NCBI GenBank assembly: GCA_016839945.1
Contig: JAEOTE010000090.1
Coordinates: 1-64,000 of the forward strand
DNA length: 64,000 nucleotides
Direction: 5' to 3'
Source: Candidatus Heimdallarchaeota archaeon
Lineage (GTDB): Archaea > Asgardarchaeota > Heimdallarchaeia > Heimdallarchaeales > Heimdallarchaeaceae
Below, piece after piece: positions 1 to 12,058 of this stretch. Made by a program: the position numbers and the translations under genes. The notes beneath the pieces are model-generated. The model searched no databases. It had not been told where the DNA came from and saw only the letters and a list, made by a program, of their open reading frames with translations. How positions within the stretch are numbered: position 1 is the stretch's first letter; the number at the start of each line of letters is the position of its first letter.

Positions 1-2363
<2,363 letters not shown>

Positions 2364-2374
2364 GAAAAGAGAGA

Positions 2375-2812
2375 TTACGAATAACCCTCTCTTTTATCCA
2401 ACTCACCCGAGAGTATTTTTTTGAATAGTTTCTCAAAAGGTTTCTTGCCTACAGCACCAACTACATTCCCAAGATACTTCCCATCTTGGAAGACTAAAAA
2501 GTTAGGAATTGAAGAAATTCCATATTTCATAGCAGTACGCGGATATTGATCAATATTCAATTTTCCTATCGAAACTTGTCCTGTCCATTCTTTTGCTAAT
2601 TGCTTCATAATAGGCTCCATACTTCTGCATGGAGCACACCATGCAGCCCAGCAATCAATAACAACAATCCCTGGTTGTTTTACAAAAATATCGAATGATT
2701 GATCGTTAAGCTCTTCCATTTCTTCGTATGGAAATGTTCCTACAACAGGAATATCATCTTTCATAATTCTAAGCATCTTTTCTCTTCTTATTCGCTCAAG
2801 TTCATCGTCCAT
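2375..2812 (-). CDS. trxA: Thioredoxin
   Basis: WCAPC active site, cis-Pro SIP motif, archaeal-type N-terminus DDELERIRREK. Confidence 0.93.
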   Translation of the reverse strand: MDDELERIRREKMLRIMKDDIPVVGTFPYEEMEELNDQSFDIFVKQPGIVVIDCWAAWCAPCRSMEPIMKQLAKEWTGQVSIGKLNIDQYPRTAMKYGISSIPNFLVFQDGKYLGNVVGAVGKKPFEKLFKKILSGELDKREGYS

Positions 2813-2829
2813 TCTCTATCACCATGGCC

Positions 2830-2848
2830 TGTGTATGTTTCTCGCACA
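2830..2848. promoter_or_regulatory. Palindromic operator TGTGYR-N7-YRCACA, copy 1 (thioredoxin promoter)
   Basis: TGTGTA-TGTTTCT-CGCACA, between a minus-strand TTTAAA TATA-like box (~2853-2858) and the trx start at 2812. Confidence 0.65.
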
Positions 2849-2928
2849 CCCATTTAAATCTTATGTTTTTTCGAATCTTAATTATTAGGGAGAATTTTGA
2901 TTCATTGCGTATAGCAGAAAACTTAATA

Positions 2929-2947
2929 TGTGTGTTTTTTACACACA
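2929..2947. promoter_or_regulatory. Palindromic operator copy 2 (first HTH regulator promoter)
   Basis: TGTGTG-TTTTTTA-CACACA, directly after GAAAA-CTTAATA (BRE/TATA-like, ~2917-2928). Confidence 0.7.
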
Positions 2948-2953
2948 AACGAG

Positions 2954-3328
2954 ATGGAAAAGTGCTTAATTAATCTACCGGGAGTAATTGAAAGCGGAGG
3001 AAGGTGCGATATTTTTGAGTGTTTATTCGGTTTAAAACCAATACATGTAAAAATCTACTTTTTTACACTCAAGAAGAAACGGACAATAAAAGAGATAGCA
3101 TCCCATGTTAATCGAGATCGAACCACTACTGTAAGACTCGTTCAAAGGATAATTAAACAAGGATTGCTTGAAAAGGAAACAGTCGCTCTAACATATGGGG
3201 GTTTAAAGAATGTTTATCTAGGGATTCCACAAGAAACTGTGAAAGAAAAATTGAAAGTCACTTTAGGAGAATTGAATATAAGTATGGATAATTTTCTAGA
3301 ATTAGACTGGTTGAAAATTCCGGAATAG
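2954..3328 (+). CDS. Cys-containing winged-HTH transcriptional regulator (COG3355/TrmB-like)
   Basis: CDIFECLFGL...TIKEIASHVNRDRTTTVRLVQRI..GLL...GG pattern. ATG 2954 (MEKCLINLP) aligns with the paralog start MQRCLIDLP, so it is preferred over GTG 2930. Confidence 0.8.
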   Translation: MEKCLINLPGVIESGGRCDIFECLFGLKPIHVKIYFFTLKKKRTIKEIASHVNRDRTTTVRLVQRIIKQGLLEKETVALTYGGLKNVYLGIPQETVKEKLKVTLGELNISMDNFLELDWLKIPE

Positions 3329-3378
3329 ATTACTTTACCATAATAATACATAGTCTCGTAAAAACGTAAGGTTTATTA

Positions 3379-3397
3379 TGTGCAAAAAAAATACACA
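3379..3397. promoter_or_regulatory. Palindromic operator copy 3 (second HTH regulator promoter)
   Basis: TGTGCA-AAAAAAA-TACACA, directly after TTTATTA (3372-3378). Confidence 0.7.
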
Positions 3398-3408
3398 ATC
3401 GAGATTAT

Positions 3409-3882
3409 ATGCAGAGATGTCTAATTGATCTTCCTGAGAATTTTCGAAAAACAATGGCAATGAAGGAAGGAGAATTACTAAGGTTAGGTTTGAGAAATTG
3501 TGCATGCGAAGACTGGGAATGTGACTTTTGTGTATGCCCAATTTTTGAATTTATCTTTGGTTTAAAGCCACTTCACATCCACATCTATTTCTATACTTTG
3601 ACTCATAAAAGAACAATAAAAGAAATTTCTAACAGAGTAAACAGAGATCGAACCACAGTTGTAAGATTAGTTCAAAGCTTAATTGAAAATGGATTAATAA
3701 ACAAAGAATCAGAAATTTTGCCCACAGGAGGATTAAGACACCTTTATTCAGCAATACCTCAAGAGCATCTAAAAGAAAGACTAAAAGAGAGTTTTAAAGA
3801 GCTTGGAATTATTGTTGAAGAACTACTAAAGCAAGATTGGTCTCATGTGAGAGATCGAAAAGAAGAGGAAATAGTAGTTTAA
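3409..3882 (+). CDS. Paralogous winged-HTH regulator with Cys-rich N-terminal insert
   Basis: Shares FGLKP.H..IYF, RTIKEI...VNRDRTT.VRLVQ and IPQE with the upstream gene; has an extra CACEDWECDFCVC segment. Confidence 0.82.
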   Translation: MQRCLIDLPENFRKTMAMKEGELLRLGLRNCACEDWECDFCVCPIFEFIFGLKPLHIHIYFYTLTHKRTIKEISNRVNRDRTTVVRLVQSLIENGLINKESEILPTGGLRHLYSAIPQEHLKERLKESFKELGIIVEELLKQDWSHVRDRKEEEIVV

Positions 3883-3883
3883 A

Positions 3884-4504
3884 TCAAAAATCAAAATCCT
3901 CTAATTCATCTATAGAACCAGTTAAATCTTCTGCAAGTTTTTTCTTCTTCTTTTTATCTTTTTTACTCCTTACTTCATCAACTGCGGAGGATAATTCTGA
4001 CATAAAATCTGATCCCATTGTATCTAAAGGAACAACATTGTTATCATCAACAGGTGTTAAAATATCTGGTTCCGCCACAGGCTCTAATGGAGGTTGAGAT
4101 TCTTCTGGAGGTGGAAAATATGTCGTCTCAGAAGGTTCTGAGGGGAGTTGAGTTGAAGAATCTTCTGTTGGTTCTACAGGAGATTCAGAAGGTTGTGGTT
4201 CAAAACCAGGTTCGGAAATACCTGATAATCCAGGATGTGTATCAGCTGCAGCTTGTGCCACTGTAGAAGAAGAACGATCCGGAACCAAGCTTCCATCTTG
4301 AAGCACTTTTACGATTTCCTTACATAGTGCTCTATTTTGAGGATTAAGTTGATACATATATCTTGGAAGATTAGTACTTATTTGTTCTAAGAAATAAATC
4401 CCAGTTTCATAATCTTTAATATAAAAAGCTTGTATAGCTTGCATAATTAGTTGTTGAACAAGTTTATCTGGTGGAACACTTGATTGTGGAGAGTGTGAAT
4501 ACAT
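3884..4504 (-). CDS. Hypothetical protein: helical N-domain, Pro/Ser/Glu-rich linker, basic then acidic C-tail
   Basis: 206-aa ORF filling the gap, with a GGGGG SD-like sequence upstream and a low-complexity linker. Confidence 0.7.
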   Translation of the reverse strand: MYSHSPQSSVPPDKLVQQLIMQAIQAFYIKDYETGIYFLEQISTNLPRYMYQLNPQNRALCKEIVKVLQDGSLVPDRSSSTVAQAAADTHPGLSGISEPGFEPQPSESPVEPTEDSSTQLPSEPSETTYFPPPEESQPPLEPVAEPDILTPVDDNNVVPLDTMGSDFMSELSSAVDEVRSKKDKKKKKKLAEDLTGSIDELEDFDF

Positions 4505-4627
4505 AAGTTACCCCCATGTACAGTAGTAGTGAAGCTATAAGAAAATTTTGGAAAAGGAAAAGGAACTTCTATTAAGTGTAGGACTGGATTTGAGTAGGTT
4601 TATAATTGTTGGTGCATAAATGACTGC

Positions 4628-5305
4628 ATGACAGGTGAAGTAGAGTACATACAAGATTATCACCCATTCGAGCGAACAACTTTTTTTAGTGTTTATAGAA
4701 ATCCAAAGACATATACTAGTTTGATTTATTTGCTTCTAATCTTTCCATTAGGAATAGCTTTTTTTGTATATGCCGTAACAGGATTTTCTGTTTCTATAGG
4801 ACTGGTTGTAACAATAGTAGGTATATTTCTCTTGTATATTTTTCTCTGGAGCCTTCCAAGAATTATGTATATTATGGGATTACTAACAGATTGGCTTGTT
4901 GGTATTAAGATGCCAGAAAAAGTTTACAAACCATATTATGAAGGCACATTCTTTAGAAAAGCTCTAAGTTCTTTAAGAGATTCAAGAATATGGAAGACTT
5001 TACTTTATTTCCTATTCCCAGCTATGCCATTTGGGATAGCAGCATTTACCATTGTAGTTACATTATTATCAGTATCATTGGGAGCCATTAGTTTCCCAAT
5101 CGTCTATTTAATTGAGCTCCTGCAAGGAAATTACGGTGGATGGATATACTATGTTTTCGATTATTGGGCACCTCCTTGGGTTAAGTTTGTTCTGTTGATA
5201 TTAATGCCCATAGTAGGATTTTTCTTACTTACAGCTACATTACATCTAACAAACACTCTTGCTTTAGCACATGGAAGGATGGTAAAAGGAATTTTGAAAG
5301 GATAG
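4628..5305 (+). CDS. Membrane protein with putative 'sensor' domain (PF13796-like), stand-alone
   Basis: Duplicated YLLL.FPLGI.F / YFLF..MPFGIAAF TM pattern with the SSLRDSRIWK linker typical of this family. Confidence 0.65.
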   Translation: MTGEVEYIQDYHPFERTTFFSVYRNPKTYTSLIYLLLIFPLGIAFFVYAVTGFSVSIGLVVTIVGIFLLYIFLWSLPRIMYIMGLLTDWLVGIKMPEKVYKPYYEGTFFRKALSSLRDSRIWKTLLYFLFPAMPFGIAAFTIVVTLLSVSLGAISFPIVYLIELLQGNYGGWIYYVFDYWAPPWVKFVLLILMPIVGFFLLTATLHLTNTLALAHGRMVKGILKG

Positions 5306-5396
5306 ATTTTTTCATAAATCTATTTTCTTTTTCTTTCTCACAGTATATGTCATTATCTTTATATCTATACTTTTTTTTGGAATCTAAAAAAAGGAC

Positions 5397-6698
5397 TTGG
5401 ATAATCTGAGTGAGAGTAACTTTTATAGAAAATCATTAAATTTCATTGTTAATCACCTCTACCTTAATGATCGTCGTCGTCTCTCACCAATTTTACTCGG
5501 TGTTGTTGGAGCTTTTTCTTCTATCATCTTCATGTCATATGTTGGTCTTCATTTAGAGGATTTAAGGACGATTGCTTGGTTAATAACATTCATATTGGCA
5601 TTAAGAAACCTATATCAAATTTTTTTGAGAGTTCCTTTGGGGCACTTTTCCCAGATGATTGGGAGGAAACCTCTTTTAATAACAGGTGTAGGACTTTACA
5701 CCGTAAGTTTGTTTGTTATGTCACTAGCAACACATTGGGGGTTTGTATTATTAGCTATAACATTTTTTGCAGTTGGTATGTCTTGTTTCTGGCCAATTAT
5801 CTTCGCATATATAGGAGATGTTGAAAAAGAGAATATTGGAAGATTACAAGGTAGAGTATTTCAGGGAACAGATATTGGATCAGTTGCTGGATCACTACTG
5901 GCAGTTCTTTTACTTAAGAACTTTCAAACTGAAATAAGGGTGCTTTTCGCGTGGGGAGCGGGAATTTCATTAATTGGAGTGATTGGACTGGCATTGTTTA
6001 TTCCAGAAGTACTCCCTAAAGAAGATAGATTGCAAGTTGAATCCAAAATAAAAGCTTTGGCTGATTCATTTCTTGCAACTTTTCGACACTTAGTTCAAGT
6101 TACACGACAGAAGAAATTAAATTTCATTTATGTACTTCAGGTATTTGTTGCTTTCTTGGAGTATATGGTCGCAGCTTTTTTCCCATTTCTTGTTGTTTCA
6201 AAAGGTTACACGGACGATGTTGTGGCTCAGGTTTTTTGGATAACTGCAGGTGTATTGCTATTCTTTAAGCCGTACATGGGAAGACTTGTTGATAAAATAG
6301 GGTATAAAATACCAATCTTTGTTACTCTTCTTTTTTCTTCAACAATGCTCATTTTTATGGTTTTTGTTGATGCCTTGCCTTGGTTAATAGTTGTATACAT
6401 GTTGTATAGTGCGAGTAGTCTAACAAGCTATCTAGGAGCTAATACAGGAACAACAAGAGTGTCAAAAATAGCGGAAAGAGGTATGGCTCTTGGAGCTTTA
6501 GGGTTTTATGTTTCTTGTGCACGTTCTGTTTCGACTGTAAGTATGTTGCCTGTTTGGAATAATTTCGGAGTGGATTGGGTTTTTATCGCAACATCTATTA
6601 TAGTAGTAGTTGGGGTAGCGGTGATTTATTTTGTTTACTATTTAATTGGTAATAAAAACAACAATAAAATTAGCATTGATTTAAACGATGAAAAATAA
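5397..6698 (+). CDS. MFS transporter
   Basis: About 12 hydrophobic segments; motif A variants GHFSQMIGRK and GRLVDKIGYK. Confidence 0.88.
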   Translation: MDNLSESNFYRKSLNFIVNHLYLNDRRRLSPILLGVVGAFSSIIFMSYVGLHLEDLRTIAWLITFILALRNLYQIFLRVPLGHFSQMIGRKPLLITGVGLYTVSLFVMSLATHWGFVLLAITFFAVGMSCFWPIIFAYIGDVEKENIGRLQGRVFQGTDIGSVAGSLLAVLLLKNFQTEIRVLFAWGAGISLIGVIGLALFIPEVLPKEDRLQVESKIKALADSFLATFRHLVQVTRQKKLNFIYVLQVFVAFLEYMVAAFFPFLVVSKGYTDDVVAQVFWITAGVLLFFKPYMGRLVDKIGYKIPIFVTLLFSSTMLIFMVFVDALPWLIVVYMLYSASSLTSYLGANTGTTRVSKIAERGMALGALGFYVSCARSVSTVSMLPVWNNFGVDWVFIATSIIVVVGVAVIYFVYYLIGNKNNNKISIDLNDEK

Positions 6699-6935
6699 GA
6701 AAAAAGGAATATGTGACTCTTCTATTCCTAACTTTATTCCCTTCCTTAGTATTACCAGAGAACGAAAAAATCTTAGGTTTTTCGGTTTTGATGCAATTTT
6801 TTAAAGAAGAAATTGGTTGTGTTTTTTTCTTGATTTTCCTATAGTTTCCAAGAAGGATGCACTTACAATAAAGTAACCTTGCTGCAAAGTTAAAAACAGA
6901 GAAGAAGTTAATAATCCTTTTTTCAACTAAATACT

Positions 6936-7217
6936 ATGGATGATGAGATCCAACACCTCTTAGCTCTTTTAGATAAAGCAGTGGACGAAATGTTTTCTTA
7001 TGGAGATGAATCAACTTTTTCTTATTTTGATACATGTAATGATGTAGGACTATTTGTTCAAGATGTAACTACTAAAGCTAGAAATGGAGATTTAGAAGAT
7101 TTATCTAAATTGTGGTATATTTTTGCCCCTACTAGTGTCTGGGATGATTCAGGAGGTTCTCAAGAGATAGCAAATGAAATCTTCGAAATAATAAACAAGA
7201 GATTTCAACCAAAGTAA
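6936..7217 (+). CDS. Hypothetical acidic protein
   Basis: 93-aa ORF with ATG; LWYIFAPTSVWDD looks like a conserved motif, but the family is not recognised. Confidence 0.6.
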   Translation: MDDEIQHLLALLDKAVDEMFSYGDESTFSYFDTCNDVGLFVQDVTTKARNGDLEDLSKLWYIFAPTSVWDDSGGSQEIANEIFEIINKRFQPK

Positions 7218-7277
7218 TAAGCGAATTAAATTTTGTTCAATCATAGTTTTAAAAAAGAATGGAGGGGACCTTAACTT

Positions 7278-7823
7278 ATGCCTGAGAGAACTCACAGAGA
7301 GAAAATTGAGAGAATAAGAGAAAGAAATGACATTCTATTTAAGAAATCTCCAAACTCTCCTTTAACACATGAACAAAAGGATGATTTCAAAGGGATACCC
7401 TATTTCCCTATTGATAAGAAATATGAAATCATCTTCAGAATGAAGAAATTTGATGATTATAGTGAAATAACTATCACTACTACCCGATTCGATAATAGGA
7501 AATATAGTCGTTATGGTTATATTGAATTCGAATTAGAAGGCAAAATGAATAAACTTACTGTGTTTAAACCAATTGATGATGATTATCTGTTTGTTCCCTT
7601 CAAAGATACAACTACAGGAAAAGAGTCCTACAAAATTGGAAGATACGTAGAAATTGAGAAGATTTCAAAAGAAGAATGGGTAATTGATTTCAATACAGCC
7701 TACAATCCTTTGTGTGCATATAATGATAATTGGAATTGTTCTCTAACTCCTGACGAAAATATACTTGATATACCTATACGTGCAGGAATGAAGATATATC
7801 CGGATTATCGTGGATCACACTAG
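7278..7823 (+). CDS. DUF1684 family protein
   Basis: SPL...F.G..YF, LFVPFKD.T.G.ESY..GRY, DFN.AYNP.CAYN..W.C motifs. Confidence 0.9.
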   Translation: MPERTHREKIERIRERNDILFKKSPNSPLTHEQKDDFKGIPYFPIDKKYEIIFRMKKFDDYSEITITTTRFDNRKYSRYGYIEFELEGKMNKLTVFKPIDDDYLFVPFKDTTTGKESYKIGRYVEIEKISKEEWVIDFNTAYNPLCAYNDNWNCSLTPDENILDIPIRAGMKIYPDYRGSH

Positions 7824-7952
7824 GTATATTTGAGCTTTGGTATGTTTTTTTGCACCAACTAGCGTCAGGGATTATTCAAATAGTTTACAAGAGATGCAAA
7901 CCTGAAGCATAAACTACTTTACATACTTTAGTCAAAAAAGATTAGAAAACAT

Positions 7953-8576
7953 ATGTTTGAATGGATAAATCTTGCTATTCTAATCTTATCTATGCTTCTT
8001 TTTTCTATTCTATATGCATTTAGTGTTATGCCTGCTATTCGTGGAGAAAAAAAAGGAAAAGAAATCTGGAATGAATGTAGAAATCTTAGAATTGCTGGTT
8101 CTGTATTTGAAGGTATTACATTGATATCAGTGATTCTTTGGATATGGTTCCCAATTGAACAACTAAATTGGAAGATTTTTTCTAAATTATGGATGGGAAT
8201 CGTAGTTTCTTTAGTAATTTTCATTCCTGGAGGAATCATTGTACTTAAAGGAGTAATAGATGCTGGAAAAGAAACCCTTACTCCTTCTAAAGATACTGAG
8301 ATGTATGGTGGGATCTACAAATATATCAGACACCCACAAACAACAGGAGAGATGCCTATGTTTCCAGCATTTGGATTAGTAGTTAATTCATGGTTTATAG
8401 TTTTGATTATGAGCGTATTCATTCTTATTTACGTTCCTACAATTCAATATTTTGAGGAAAAAGATTTAGTAAAAAGATTTGGAGATTCATATATTGAATA
8501 TCAAAAAATTACTGGTGCATTTTTACCAAAATGGAAAACAATAAAATCTTTATTCAAGCGGAAAAAGAGAAAGTAA
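7953..8576 (+). CDS. Isoprenylcysteine carboxyl methyltransferase / PEMT-family membrane methyltransferase
   Basis: GIYKYIRHPQ and EEKDLVKRFGDSYIEY motifs with TM helices. Confidence 0.85.
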   Translation: MFEWINLAILILSMLLFSILYAFSVMPAIRGEKKGKEIWNECRNLRIAGSVFEGITLISVILWIWFPIEQLNWKIFSKLWMGIVVSLVIFIPGGIIVLKGVIDAGKETLTPSKDTEMYGGIYKYIRHPQTTGEMPMFPAFGLVVNSWFIVLIMSVFILIYVPTIQYFEEKDLVKRFGDSYIEYQKITGAFLPKWKTIKSLFKRKKRK

Positions 8577-8583
8577 GCGATGT

Positions 8584-9666
8584 TTATTTTGATTCAAGAT
8601 ATTTCCCCAAATCCTCAACTGTAAGTTGACCAGTTATGCTTTCTTTATATATCTTAAAACCTAAGCGATCATTTATAGAAAGCATGGGTGCGTTTGTTGT
8701 TGCATTACCAGTTGAAACAATCTTGACATTTGGAAATTCCTCTTTAACCCTTAATAGCATTACAGCCTTTAACCATTTTCCCAATCCTCGACTTCGATGT
8801 TTATCTTTAACCCCAGTAAGAAGCTGTTCAATAATATAGTCTCTTTCTGGTCTATAAATCATCTCTGTAAGCCCAGAGATTTCTCCATCATGTTCAACGG
8901 TAATATATGTCATCTGTTTTCTACCTAAATCCTTAGTTCTTTTCTCCATTTGGCGTAATGTTTCTGGTGTAAAGATTATGTCACCAATATCTAAATCTCC
9001 AAGAGGTTGTTGATTATTGGTTTCAGTGTAAGTTTCACTATATTGTTTAATAATATTCTCTGGAATAGTATAAAAGAATTGTAATTTTGTTTTAGGTGAC
9101 TTTTCAGGTCCCTCTTTTTCCCATTTTGATATCATCTCCCAATCAACTTCTTCAAGATTCAATCTATTTTCAACACCAGTTAGAGCTGTTTGAGCTCCAA
9201 TGGTTTCTAGAAATTTCTTTCCATCCTCTTCATTAGAATTAGTTATAAGAGTAGTTTTGTTATTTTCGATAGCAAAATCGTAAAGAGATTTCAAAGCTTT
9301 CATTCCTATTCCTTTACGACGATATGGAGCTAAAATCGAAATATCAAATTGAATCAAATGCTTATTTCCCTCATATGAAGAAGCTGTTTTTTTGATAACA
9401 AAATTATTCATAATTCCAATTTGTTTGTCTTTTGTATTATCAATTATAGAGTATAAGTAAATATCAATTTCAGGATGGTTCATTGAGGTTTTTATATTAT
9501 TTTCAGCAGTTTCATTATCAGTATAAGGATCATCTGGATTTACTTCTTCATGTCTTATTTTTCTAAATTCATGATATAGTCTCCAATCCTCTTTTGTAGA
9601 AGACATAGGGTCAAATTCTTTAATCTTCACATTTTTTATATCAAATTGGTTACTCATAAAAACCAA
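8584..9666 (-). CDS. Tandem-domain GNAT N-acetyltransferase
   Basis: Two acetyl-CoA motifs (YRRKGIG, HRSRGLG) and N.PMLSINDRLGF. Confidence 0.88.
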   Translation of the reverse strand: MVFMSNQFDIKNVKIKEFDPMSSTKEDWRLYHEFRKIRHEEVNPDDPYTDNETAENNIKTSMNHPEIDIYLYSIIDNTKDKQIGIMNNFVIKKTASSYEGNKHLIQFDISILAPYRRKGIGMKALKSLYDFAIENNKTTLITNSNEEDGKKFLETIGAQTALTGVENRLNLEEVDWEMISKWEKEGPEKSPKTKLQFFYTIPENIIKQYSETYTETNNQQPLGDLDIGDIIFTPETLRQMEKRTKDLGRKQMTYITVEHDGEISGLTEMIYRPERDYIIEQLLTGVKDKHRSRGLGKWLKAVMLLRVKEEFPNVKIVSTGNATTNAPMLSINDRLGFKIYKESITGQLTVEDLGKYLESK

Positions 9667-9714
9667 ATAAAATTGGATTCTTATATATGTAGCTAAATAG
9701 AACTTGTGTAACAG

Positions 9715-10461
9715 TTATATTGAATCTGATGAGCTAGATCCCCGTTCAAGCAACCACTTTGTGATTATTTCAGAAGCTTGTTCTCTATTCTCATCATGCA
9801 TAATAATATGACCCCCTGCTTGGAGTTCTACTAAGGTTTTATCTTCAGATCTAACGGTATTGAACACCTGATTTCTTCCTCTACGATTGATAATACGATC
9901 ACTTTTAGCTTGTATGATTAGTATTGGTTGGTTTACTTGCTTTGTTCTTTTTCGTAATTCCTTCAGAAGTTTAGCTGATTGAATCAAACTACTGACAGGT
10001 ATTTTTTCATACCGTTTCCAGCCCTTAGGAATTCCGAGATACATGGACATGATTTTGTTTAATGGAATATACCGAATAAGATATTGGATAAAATGAAAAT
10101 TATAAACAAACCAGGATTTGAAGTTGAATGGTTTAAGAACTGTTGAGCAAAGTATCAAACCCGCAACATCTGGGTTGTTTGTTGCTAAGTAAAGAGAAAT
10201 GACACTACCCAGAGAAGTTCCTAATATAAATACCTCTGATGATTTTGTTCTTAAATTATCTAATCTTCTTTGAGTATGTTCTGTCCATTCAGTCCACTCA
10301 GTATTTCTTAAATCCTCAGGGGTCGTGTTATGACCTGGAAGATCATTATTATCTACGATGAAATTTTGTTTTTCAAGTATTTCTGCAATTTTCTTCATAG
10401 ACCTATGATTAGTTCCAAGACCATGAATCAGAAGTACACAGGGAACTTGTTTAGCATCCAT
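9715..10461 (-). CDS. Alpha/beta hydrolase (carboxylesterase/monoacylglycerol-lipase-like)
   Basis: LIHGL oxyanion loop, GTSLG nucleophile elbow, Asp in AKSD, His in GGHI. Confidence 0.88.
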   Translation of the reverse strand: MDAKQVPCVLLIHGLGTNHRSMKKIAEILEKQNFIVDNNDLPGHNTTPEDLRNTEWTEWTEHTQRRLDNLRTKSSEVFILGTSLGSVISLYLATNNPDVAGLILCSTVLKPFNFKSWFVYNFHFIQYLIRYIPLNKIMSMYLGIPKGWKRYEKIPVSSLIQSAKLLKELRKRTKQVNQPILIIQAKSDRIINRRGRNQVFNTVRSEDKTLVELQAGGHIIMHDENREQASEIITKWLLERGSSSSDSI

Positions 10462-10587
10462 ATCAACCTATAATTCGTTTACTATATTTTATTTTTTTTC
10501 TGTAATCATAAAGCAAACAAAAACTAAAACAATATAATCAAGTTTCGACTACATATTTAAGTGTAGCAAAACTTATTGTGATTTAAT

Positions 10588-11226
10588 ATGTGGATGGATG
10601 TTAGCAAAAAGAATGTGGTTGTCTCTGAGATTATTGGAATAATAAGAGATGAAACCACTAATGCTATGGTTTTCAGAACAAACCTAACAAGACTAGGACA
10701 ACTCTTAGCCTATGAAGCAGCAGAATTTCTGAACACAAAGAAAACAGAAGTCGAAACGTCACTAGGTAAAGCAGAAGTTAATTCTATTGATGAAGATATG
10801 GTCGTAATATCTATTTTAAGAGCAGCTTTACCTATGTCTGAGGGGGTTTTGGAAACATATTCTGAAGCTTCCATAGGAGTGGTTTCAATGTCCAGAGGTA
10901 AGATGTTACAAGAAAAAGGGAAAGATTTTAGAATAGATTGTCCCTATATGCACATTCCTTATTTAGAAAACAAATTTACAATGATCGTAGATCCAATGCT
11001 AGCAAGCGGTTCTACAATGCTTTATTTACTTAAATCAATTGAAAATCAGAAACCAAAGAAAATTGTAATTCTATGTGCTATCGCATGTAAATATGGCTTA
11101 GACAGAATACTAAAAAAATATCCGGAAGTTATCATTATAGCCGGAGCTGTTGATCCTATACTTGACGAGAGAGGGTATGTTGTTCCTGGTTTGGGAGATG
11201 CAGGAGACAGAGCATTCAATACGTAA
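10588..11226 (+). CDS. upp: Uracil phosphoribosyltransferase
   Basis: ILRAAL, PRPP motif VDPMLASGST, C-terminal GYVVPGLGDAGDR. Confidence 0.95.
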   Translation: MWMDVSKKNVVVSEIIGIIRDETTNAMVFRTNLTRLGQLLAYEAAEFLNTKKTEVETSLGKAEVNSIDEDMVVISILRAALPMSEGVLETYSEASIGVVSMSRGKMLQEKGKDFRIDCPYMHIPYLENKFTMIVDPMLASGSTMLYLLKSIENQKPKKIVILCAIACKYGLDRILKKYPEVIIIAGAVDPILDERGYVVPGLGDAGDRAFNT

Positions 11227-11283
11227 ACAAAAATTGTAAAAGCAGTTAATTAAAATAATTCTGCGAATAAATGTAAAATACTT

Positions 11284-11970
11284 ATGATTTCAATCAAAGA
11301 TATTAAAATTCCTTGGAAAGAGTTTCTGAGTCCCCGCCTTCTATTTCTTGCAATATGGGTTTTCTTTCTTCTGTATTCTTTCATTTGGGCTCCAGAGGAT
11401 CAACGAGGTTTGTCTTTTAGTGATTTTAAATTAGACTTTGTTGGACCTTTGGCTTGGAGTTTGTTTAACCTTGTAGGAGTGTTCGCCCTTCTTTATGCTG
11501 TTATTCTCGTTTTAGAAAGCAGAGAGAGATTTATTCCAGCTTGGCTTTTTGTATTAGCGGCTCTTGGATTTGGAATGTATGCATTAATGCCTTACTTTGC
11601 CCTACGAGGAGTGTGGAAAAAGAACCAAAAAACAAAGAAAACTTGGTTCACAAAAGCAATTGATTCACGTACTCTTGGTATTATATTATACAACCTAACT
11701 GTTGTGCTATTACTCTTCGGAATCATTGCGGGAAGCTATACAGGAGATTGGAATAATTTTGCTACACTGTTTATGGAAAGCCGGTTTGTACATGTTATGA
11801 CAATTGATTTTGTTCTTCTATGTTTGTTTTATCCAATAGTAATATGGGATGATATGAAAAGAAGAAACTGGAAGAACAACATTGCATTTGTGATATTCTG
11901 CATTCCTCTATTAGGTGGAATAACCTATTTGATAGCTAGACCAAGACTTCCAGATGAAACAATCGCATAA
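11284..11970 (+). CDS. Integral membrane protein (DUF2834-like)
   Basis: G..ALMPYFALR, SRFVHVMTIDF, DDMKRR and PLLG..YL..RP motifs. Confidence 0.65.
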   Translation: MISIKDIKIPWKEFLSPRLLFLAIWVFFLLYSFIWAPEDQRGLSFSDFKLDFVGPLAWSLFNLVGVFALLYAVILVLESRERFIPAWLFVLAALGFGMYALMPYFALRGVWKKNQKTKKTWFTKAIDSRTLGIILYNLTVVLLLFGIIAGSYTGDWNNFATLFMESRFVHVMTIDFVLLCLFYPIVIWDDMKRRNWKNNIAFVIFCIPLLGGITYLIARPRLPDETIA

Positions 11971-12058
11971 ATTTTTATTTTTTTATTTTTCAACCACTAT
12001 CGTTTAAACTTAAGCCTAAATATTTTTATAAAGATTTCAAGGTTGAGTTAAGCGAACA

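Noticed and set aside
7824-7930. Possible small structured RNA between the DUF1684 and ICMT genes
   Set aside because: Only short AT-rich stems (e.g. TAGTTT/AAACTA, TTGGT/ACCAA), compatible with chance; no boxes or identifiable target.
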